Origin: Paraspadella gotoi
Lineage: Eukaryota; Animalia; Chaetognatha
Length of the DNA stretch: 6,265 nucleotides
Assembly (NCBI GenBank): GCA_051294375.1
Contig: JBJCIZ010001144.1
Location: forward strand, 1 to 6,265
Direction of reading: 5' to 3'
Numbering within the stretch: the stretch's first letter is position 1; the number at the start of each line of letters is the position of its first letter. Shown piece by piece: positions 1 through 6,265 of this stretch. The notes below the pieces were generated by a model, which searched no databases, had not been told where the DNA came from, and was given only the letters and a program-made list of their open reading frames with translations. The position numbers and the translations under genes were made by a program.

Positions 1-463
1 TCTTACTTTGGCATAGTTTTACAACTAATATGTTCCCCTATATAAATCAACAACATTTGATTTTATTTAATGGTGTGGTTACATCCTGGAGGATACTTCC
101 TGTTCATTTTTTTAAATTTTTATAAAATTACCATTTAAAATTACATTTTTGGATAATTTACATTACAGGCTGATGTAAGATGATACAAAAATTGGTCACA
201 TCCAAAAAAATTGCATGAATTAAGCCTAGGTTTCAAGAGAGCCACTTTTGAAGGATCTGGCAGCACCCTCAACACCCCCTTTAACTGAGTAAAGATACCT
301 TCTTTTTTTAAATATAAAATACATGTTTGGTTAAAATTTTATGACCAAAAATTATGCTTCAATACACTTACCATTAAAAACTAGGGAAGATTTTGAATAC
401 TGCATTATGCAAAATGGATTATGGTAATGTATTTGCTTCACTAGAGTATAGTTGGAGAATAAT
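1..463 (+). repeat. Long imperfect direct repeat, copy A (partner at 5785-6265)
   Basis: Seen in sequence: both copies start TCTTACTTTGG and are colinear through to TCACTAGAG..GTTGGAGAA(T/C)AAT. 291-320 is identical to 6081-6110 (30 nt). Overall identity is roughly 85% by eye with many 1-2 nt indels. The left end coincides with the window edge, so the true boundary is unknown. Confidence 0.97.
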
Positions 464-592
464 AACAAAAGGGGGACAAATGAACGAATGTATTTGAAGA
501 AATTTTATTTAAATTAACTGGTTCTAAATTAACAGTGCTAAGTAAATGTAAGAAAGAATGATATAAGCTTTTATAAAGGGAGAACGACTGAC

Positions 593-625
593 AGAAAGAA
601 AGAAAGAAAAAAGAAAGAAAGAAAG
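593..625 (+). repeat. (GAAA)n microsatellite, imperfect
   Basis: GAAAGAAAGAAAGAAAAAAGAAAGAAAGAAAG directly abuts the left inverted repeat. Confidence 0.9.
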
Positions 626-676
626 TAACAAGTTTGAGCAAACAATGCCGAATATGGCCACGATCATTAGCGGTAA
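626..676 (+). repeat. Left inverted repeat (candidate TIR including outer TA)
   Basis: TAACAAGTTTGAGCAAACAATGCCGAATATGGCCACGATCATTAGCGGTAA matches the reverse complement of 2702-2752 at 46/51 positions. The outer 22 nt are perfect. Confidence 0.95.
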
Positions 677-902
677 GCAGCTGATCAGATAATTAAGTAA
701 TTAATTAATTAATATTATTTTTTTTTATTCGTGTCAAAATCGTTTTTCACTTTGTCTCGCCTTTCAATCAAAGGACGCTAAGAATTTGGAACTGGTTGGT
801 AAGTTTATTTATCAACAAATTGGCGACAAAGAACGGAGATAAAAGTTTGAGTTTATAAAAACGGTGGATGAAATTAATGAGTTTAATTTCGACGATAAAA
901 GG

Positions 903-956
903 TTAAAAACGTGAGATTAAAAATGAATTTAAAAACGAGATTAAAATGACTTTAAA
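903..956 (+). repeat. Short tandem duplication (~23-26 bp unit x2)
   Basis: TTAAAAACGTGAGATTAAAAATGAAT (903-928) is followed by TTAAAAACGAGATTAAAATGACT (929-951), then TTAAA. Confidence 0.75.
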
Positions 957-1167
957 TTAAACTACCAACGCTGTGAGTTAAAAGCGTTTAACGTCCGCAG
1001 GTTTTCGAGAGGCACTAATTCTCTCTCTCGCAACGTTTCAAACGTTAAAAATAACCACGATATCTTCTTCACATTCGGTAAACGGGCGAGGCAGCAGCCA
1101 GATATTAACTCGTCGTGTCCCACGGCCACGGTCGTGTCTTGTCATGACCGGCGTAACAACAATATCG

Positions 1168-1263
1168 ATTAAATAAATTAATTAAATAAAAATTAATTAA
1201 ATAATTAATTAATTACAAATAATTAATAATTAATAATTACTTATTTATTAATAATTAATTAAT
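1168..1263. repeat. AT-rich (TAAT/TTAA)-type low-complexity tract
   Basis: Almost exclusively A/T, with repeated TTAATTAA/ATAATT. Similar tracts lie at ~689-720, ~2488-2560 and ~2643-2703. Confidence 0.85.
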
Positions 1264-1740
1264 GCAGCTTGAATTTACATTTAACATAAAAATCAAAATC
1301 AAGAAAAAATACAAGAAGGATGCCATTTTATTGAAATTTATAATGGATAATGAATATGCAGAAAATTTATTGAGACATGGATTATTAATTTTCCTTTCTG
1401 TTAAAAAAAAATAGTTAAAAAAATAAAATTATTTTACTACGTCCGAAATTGGTAGAATTATTCGACAACGTGTTTCTAAGATATTTTTATCGATATGTTC
1501 TCTCATAATTTTTATTCCTTCAACCCTTGCTATTTTGTCTTTAAAAGCTAGAATCAATAGGATAACTTAAGTGTCATGGCTCGATGTACCATTTCCCATT
1601 ACATTGTCAAATGTATTTATTCACTTTAACTCAAATCTGATTGAATTTCATTTCTCTTTCACTCTCCCTCACTCTATTGTCATCAATCTTAATCTGTCCT
1701 CAAACAAGCACTGTCCTTTTTCAAATTCTTTGTTGGAAAC

Positions 1741-1766
1741 CTCTCTCTCTCTCTCTCTCACTCTCT
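1741..1766 (+). repeat. (CT)n microsatellite
   Basis: CTCTCTCTCTCTCTCTCTCACTCTCT. Confidence 0.9.
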
Positions 1767-2074
1767 TTTTCACATTAAATACAAACTGTGAAAATCATTT
1801 AATTCGCGCTGAAGAAGACTTACAAATAAGTCTAAACATGTACATTATTTGTCAACACAATACAAAATTTCTTCTCTCAAACTAATTCACAATGCAACGA
1901 AAGAAAGCATTCACACATTACCATTTCCCTTGAAACTTAACAACTTTAAATACGAATAATTAAATACAAATTGTTATATTGTTATAGTTTTTTTATTATT
2001 GCTATTGTTGTTCTCTTTTTCTAATTTTTTTGCCTTATTCTTATTTACTTGACTATATCCAATAATATTTAGCA

Positions 2075-2434
2075 TTTTTAGTCGCCCCCTCAATCTTGTC
2101 GGGCATTCACTTATATCATGTCAGAACATCGAATTATGATAAATTATTCAAAAAAATTATGTCCATCCGTCCATCTGTCCGTCTGTCTGTCCGTCCGTCC
2201 GTACGTCCCAATTTAGCAAAAAACACCAATTACTCGTGATTGGATGGATGGATTGGAATGAAATTTTGTGTGTGGGTAGGGATGTTTGTGATTGAGCTGG
2301 ATATGAAGTTTCGATGGAATCGTCTGAGTGGAAATGAGTTAAAATGGAAAAAACAAAAAAATATATTTCACCATTTGAACACCAATTGCTCATGAGTGGA
2401 TAGGACGATTATCCTGAAAACACAAAACCTGTTT
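2075..2434 (+). mobile_element. Degenerate DINE-1/HINE-like (Helentron-associated non-autonomous) element
   Basis: Seen: T-run start TTTTTAGTCGCCC with a nearby partial inverted GGGC (2101-2104), then a (GTCY)n tract at 2161-2208, then TGGATGGATTGGAATGAAATTTTGTGTGTG. A possible degenerate 3' subterminal repeat GGACGATTA (2403-2411) precedes CCTGTTT. Established: DINE-1-type elements have subterminal IRs, a GTCY microsatellite near the 5' end and insert at TT. The 3' boundary is uncertain and no clear 3' hairpin is visible. Confidence 0.5.
2161..2208 (+). repeat. (GTCY)n tetranucleotide microsatellite
   Basis: GTCCATCCGTCCATCTGTCCGTCTGTCTGTCCGTCCGTCCGTACGTCC. Confidence 0.92.
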
Positions 2435-2701
2435 CACTAATTGATTATGCTTCTTTTTCTTATGTATTAAATGTAAATGCAAGGTATATTAATTAATCAA
2501 ATAATGAATTAGTTAATTAATCAATTAGTCAAATAAACAATCAATAATTAATTAATCAGTCAATCTATCAAGTCAATCGTTATCAGCATTTTTCTCATCG
2601 TCGTCATTGCTTTTGTCGTGGTTAGTGACGAAAAGACCTAAAAATTAATTGCCTAATATATTAATTAATTAACTTGAATTATTTAATTATTTATTAATTA
2701 A

Positions 2702-2752
2702 TTACCGATAATGATCGTGGGCAGATCCGACATTGTTTGCTCAAACTTGTTA
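2702..2752 (-). repeat. Right inverted repeat (candidate TIR including outer TA)
   Basis: TTACCGATAATGATCGTGGGCAGATCCGACATTGTTTGCTCAAACTTGTTA is the reverse complement of 626-676 with 5 mismatches, all internal. Confidence 0.95.
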
Positions 2753-3135
2753 GATGTTCAATGATTAATTGTCTCTGTAGTTGCTGTTGCCATTTTTCTT
2801 GGTGAATTTTATTTGATCCTATCGTATTAATTCATTTAATATTACTATAAAATATATATATATATTGTGACAAAAAGTCTTATATTAAAATTATTCTTTG
2901 ATAAATTATGTGTTTAATAATTATTTTACTTGGGTGACTCGAATTGACCTCAGTCATTTACATGACCTTAGTCACAAAGATTCTTTTCACCGAAATTCAG
3001 GAAATCCTCTGTTATCATTGTTGTCGTCGTTGTCGTCATTGTGGTAGTTATAAGATCTTCCGGTTAATTTAAATAGAATTTCTTCAAATATATTTGTACA
3101 TTTATCCCCCTTTTGTTACCAACCAAGAGGAGAGA

Positions 3136-3386
3136 TTTCTTCTTTTTTCCTTTCTCTTTTTTCCCTTCCTCCTTTTACCCTCCTTCTTTTCCCTTCCCCT
3201 TTTTCCAACTTCTTTCTTTTTTCCTTCCTCCTTTTTTTCCACTTCTCTTTTTACCCCTCCTTCTTTTTCCTTCCTCAATTTTTCCCCCTCCTCCTTTTTC
3301 CCCTTCCTAGTTTTTTCCTTCCTTCCTTTTTTTTCCTTTTCCTCTTTTTTCCCCTTCTCTTTTTTTTCTTCAATGCATTTTTTTTG
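3136..3386 (+). repeat. Polypyrimidine low-complexity tract
   Basis: About 250 nt that is nearly all C/T. It produces the spurious F/S/P-rich ORFs. Confidence 0.9.
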
Positions 3387-3439
3387 GGTTTCGGCCGGAG
3401 AATTCCGATTTTCTGGTCAGCAATCATTTTCGTGGAAGA

Positions 3440-3720
3440 ACGCAGAGAAAGATAAAACGAAAGGTAAAATCTAGAAAAAGGAAATAAAAACAAAAGGAAA
3501 AATAGAAATACGTACTTACCTGGTAGAAAATAAACAAAAGATAAACGACTAAAAAAGAAATAAAAAAAAGAAATGAGATAAAATGAAAAGGAAAAAAAAA
3601 TATAAGTTGAAATCATAGAAACAAAAAAACCAAATAAGATACCAGAAGAGACGGAGAAACTCATAGAAACTTGGAGGAGAAAATAGGAAAGAGAGGAAGA
3701 GGAATCGTGAAAATTCGAGA
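3440..3720 (+). repeat. A/G-rich low-complexity tract
   Basis: Strongly purine-biased (A runs, GAAA, GAGG) and directly follows the pyrimidine tract. Confidence 0.8.
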
Positions 3721-3744
3721 CTTTGCTCTTCCCAACGGGCGTTT

Positions 3745-3824
3745 TTTTTCCCTTTCACGAGTTCAGAGTTCTTTCCTTTCATAGTTCACAATTCTTTCCT
3801 TTTATAGTTCACAGTTCCTTCCTC
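3745..3824 (+). repeat. 23-bp minisatellite, ~3.4 copies
   Basis: TTTTTCCCTTTCACGAGTTCAGAG (3745-3768), TTCTTTCCTTTCATAGTTCACAA (3769-3791), TTCTTTCCTTTTATAGTTCACAG (3792-3814), then partial TTCCTTCCTC. Confidence 0.85.
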
Positions 3825-3965
3825 ACCGGTGAATCTCTTTCTCTCTGTCCGTCTATCTATCTATCTTTTTCTCTGCCTCTTTCTGGTTTCTCTCCTAATT
3901 TTCGACGATTTTATTGATGTTCCAGTTTTTAATTTTTTTATTCAATCATTATTTCCCTGACAAAC

Positions 3966-3969
3966 AGAG

Positions 3970-4049
<80 letters not shown>

Positions 4050-4110
4050 AGAGAGACGAGGAGAGAGAGAGAGAGAGATAGGAGAGAGAGAGATGAGAGA
4101 GAAAGAGAGA
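3966..4110 (+). repeat. (GA)n microsatellite, ~145 bp with interruptions
   Basis: Long AG dinucleotide run that degenerates at its 3' end. Confidence 0.97.
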
Positions 4111-4223
4111 AAAAAGAACTCCGTCCAATTGTTTACATTTGTTTTTTTTAGTTGACGTTAAAACGAATGTGTGTTGTTGCTCAAGACTTGAAGCCAAGTG
4201 AGGAGAGTCTGGTTTCCGGCGTC

Positions 4224-4237
4224 GTTTCCATGGTGAC
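4224..4237. promoter_or_regulatory. Candidate RFX X-box
   Basis: GTTTCCATGGTGAC is a 14-bp near-palindrome fitting the X-box consensus (GTTGCCATGGCAAC-type; RTHNYYWTRRNRAC). It lies in a unique-sequence island between two simple repeats. Function is inferred only. Confidence 0.45.
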
Positions 4238-4399
4238 AAGTGTGAATGGTGGACGAAAAATGAAAATATGACGAAGAGGAATGTGATCGTCTAGCCTATG
4301 AGTCGTCAAGTTTTGCTGTTGCAGTTGGAGTCGTTAAAAAGTTTGCGAGATTGAAAGAGTCGACGTAGCAACCAGTCCGAAGCTATAAGCTATATTCGT

Positions 4400-4401
<2 letters not shown>

Positions 4402-4457
<56 letters not shown>

Positions 4458-4477
4458 TTTTTTTTTTTTTTTTTTTT
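4402..4477 (+). repeat. 76-nt poly-T run (one G at 4457)
   Basis: Seen directly. It reads as poly-A on the minus strand. Confidence 0.95.
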
Positions 4478-4687
4478 GTATTGTATTGTATTGTATTGGT
4501 AATTGTATCCGTATCGTATCGTATGTATCGTATCGTTTTATCTATCGTATCGTATCGTATTGTATTCGTATTTGTATCGTATCTGTAATTGTAATTGTAT
4601 CCGATCGTTTGTATCGTATTGTATTGTATTGTTTTGTATTGTATCGTATTGTATTGTTTTGTGATTGTATTGTATCGTATTGTAATT
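4478..4687 (+). repeat. (GTATT/GTATC)n pentanucleotide microsatellite
   Basis: Mixed GTATT and GTATC units with occasional GTAATT variants, ~210 bp. Confidence 0.95.
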
Positions 4688-4802
4688 ACTATTTTGTATG
4701 TTTCTTCGTCAGCGCAATATTTTCCCCAGGAGAAGATGGAAATAAAAGAACGACGTGGATTATCATCATAGGATTGATTTTCTAACCCCAGACATGGCTC
4801 CT

Positions 4803-5030
4803 CTTTTTCTTCTTCATCGTCTGTCTGCTTGCGCTCGTCTCGTCGTCTTTGGTCTCGTCTTCTTCTCCGTCTTCGTCGTCGTCCGTTTCGTCGTCGTCTT
4901 TTCTTTCCACATTCCAACAATCCCCCCCCTCCTTGGCGATCCTTGGTCCCCCTGGTGGCAAATCATTGGAAATTCATCCGGTTCACGTCCGTCGATCGTG
5001 CGTCGTCGCTCGTCGTCGTCGTCTGTCGTC
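4803..5030 (+). repeat. Degenerate (CGT/CTT)n trinucleotide low-complexity tracts
   Basis: CGTCGTCTT/TCTTCT-rich blocks at ~4803-4905 and ~4987-5030. They produce the poly-R/S/D/V ORFs. Confidence 0.8.
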
Positions 5031-5784
5031 GGTATTAGAGAACGAAAGGCAACCAGTAACGAAGTCGGTCGACGTTCCCCCATCATCCACTCCGCCAAAA
5101 CCTGTTAACCCCAAGCACCCAGCACACCCACACCACAGTTAACTACTCCATCAATCTATCCACCCCAGCCCCCCCATGCCAACATTGTAACAACCCCATA
5201 AATCTAGCAACCCAGAAGCTACCCCAGCTCCGCCCCGCTTTCCTCTTTCACTTCCTTCGTTTCTGACGAGCGACTGAAAGTGGTCACCTGTCGAAGGCAT
5301 CTGACGGCGCGTCGCCACCCGCGTAGCACCTGTCGCGCTACCGAGGCAGGCATTCTGTCCACCTACCGCGTAGCCAGCCGGTCGCTCCTCTGTACACACT
5401 GTCGCTAGGGTGTGCCCAAAATTTCAAACATCATAGTAGCCAAATTTACATCCGGTACAATTGTGGGGGTATAAAAAAGGATGTTTTGCCCAAATCACTG
5501 CTGTCGATTTGCTTCAACACCCTTAGCACTACCTCTGCTTAAAGGATTTTTGGCAGCACCTTTGGACTAAAAAAATTAATTGCTTGCAAAGTATGACTTG
5601 TTTATTCCGACCCACCACTACTTTATTAAAGGCTGAGGAAATCACCAAATGATTATTTCACAATCAATTTGAAGTGTCTCTTTTCAATCCCAGCTTCACA
5701 ATCTGGCTCCACAGCACAGGCTGGAGGATGTATGAGTTTGATAACATCATTGCTTTTATAATCCTAACCATTTAGGGTAGAATC

Positions 5785-6265
5785 TCTTACTTTGGGCCCT
5801 AGTTTTACAACTAATATGTTCCTCTAAAATAAATTGACAACATTTTGATTTTATTTTAGTGGTGTGGTTAATCCTGGAGGATACTTTTCCTGTTCCTTTT
5901 TTTATTTTTAATAAAATTAACTGTTTTAAATTACATTTTGGATATTTACGTTACACGGCTGATGTAAATTATGATCAAAAAATGGTCTTTCTCAAAAACA
6001 ATTGCATGAATTAGCATAGGTTTCAAGAGATGCCTCTCTGAAGGATCTGGAGCACACTCAACACACCTTTAACTTAGTACAAAGATACCTTCTTTTTTTA
6101 AATATAAAATGCATGTTTGGGTTAAAATTTTATGACCAAAATTATGCTTCAAGTTTTAATACACAATACCATTAATAAACATAGAAGTAGATTTTGAAAT
6201 AACTGCAATATGCAAAATGGATTATGTTATCGTATTTGCTTCACTAGAGAACGTTGGAGAACAAT
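5785..6265 (+). repeat. Long imperfect direct repeat, copy B (partner at 1-463)
   Basis: Colinear with 1-463. It carries an extra AAGTTTT (6151-6157) relative to copy A. The right end coincides with the window edge. Confidence 0.97.

Larger units (their letters stand above)
626..2752. mobile_element. Putative non-autonomous TIR DNA transposon (~2.1 kb, TA-flanked, no transposase)
   Basis: The inverted repeat pair is best conserved at its outer ends, similarity stops right after the TA on each side, and the interior is AT-rich and non-coding. Treating it as one element, and TA as the target-site duplication, is inference. Superfamily not assigned. Confidence 0.6.

Noticed and set aside
271-284. 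CCTTTAA / TTAAAGG motifs as Kolobok- or piggyBac-type TTAA termini (also near 5539, 5626 and 6066)
   Set aside because: There is no inverted similarity beyond the 7-mer, and repeat homology runs straight through the site.
409-444. Weak hairpin plus CTAG as a Helitron 3' end (also CTAG at 5405-5408)
   Set aside because: The stem at 409-437 is AT-rich and imperfect, repeat homology continues past that CTAG, and neither CTAG is followed by the expected T.
441-2393. Short ORFs 441-641, 1571-1885 and 2157-2393 as a possible transposase or cargo gene
   Set aside because: Short, partly microsatellite-derived, with no DDE/HTH or other recognisable motif. Two begin at non-ATG codons.
3513-3523. TACTTACCTGG resembling the 5' end of U1 snRNA
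   Set aside because: No U1 stem-loops or Sm site follow. It is better read as a minus-strand splice donor.
3745-3824. 23-bp repeats as a CRISPR array
   Set aside because: Units are head-to-tail with no spacers, there are no cas genes, and the context is eukaryote-like.
3094-3917. Overlapping F/S/P-rich and K/R-rich ORFs (64-129 aa)
   Set aside because: They are translations of polypyrimidine/polypurine tracts that lack stop codons for compositional reasons, with no domain-like sequence.
3949-5142. ORFs with SL repeats, poly-K, poly-R, YNTIQ/IRYDT repeats and poly-S
   Set aside because: They are direct products of the (GA)n, poly-T, (GTATY)n and (CGT)n repeats, and are open in several frames on both strands at once.
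5248-5285. CTGACGA...GAAA hammerhead ribozyme-like core (5263-5279)
   Set aside because: The spacer GCGACT cannot form stem II with the required closing pair, and no stem I can be drawn.
5151-5399. 82-aa minus-strand ORF over the GC-rich island
   Set aside because: Non-ATG start, no recognisable motif, and the length is expected by chance in GC-rich sequence.
5654-5823. Minus-strand peptide fragments (DVIKLIHPP..., TRAQS...W) faintly reminiscent of transposon-associated proteins, and a possible 33-nt microexon at 5791-5823
   Set aside because: The fragments are short, in different frames and interrupted by stops, and the microexon length is not preserved in copy A (31 nt). A TBLASTX/HMM hit would be needed.
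1-6265. Intact LTR retrotransposon, prophage or plasmid
   Set aside because: No gag/pol, capsid, Rep or other coding remnants, and no TG..CA ends or convincing PBS/PPT at the visible repeat edges.

Overview
AT-rich, non-coding, repeat-laden DNA that looks eukaryotic and probably invertebrate (inference: GA/CT and GTCY microsatellites, abundant CpG, splice-like and RFX-like motifs, no gene-dense ORFs). No credible protein-coding gene, rRNA, tRNA or CRISPR array is visible, and most supplied ORFs are translations of low-complexity tracts. The supported structure is: (1) a ~465-480 bp imperfect direct repeat at the two extreme ends of the window (1-463 and 5785-6265; period ~5784 bp); (2) a 51-bp inverted repeat pair (626-676 / 2702-2752, 46/51 identical) with TA at both outer ends, bounding a ~2.1 kb non-coding candidate TIR transposon; (3) a DINE-1/HINE (Helentron-associated)-like element nested inside it; (4) a central mosaic of purine/pyrimidine tracts, (GA)n, a 76-nt poly-T and a (GTATY)n array, with a short unique island holding a close match to the RFX X-box; (5) a small GC-rich island with internal repeats. 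I see no firm evidence of a new biological system. The best leads are the terminal direct repeat architecture and the unclassified TIR element.
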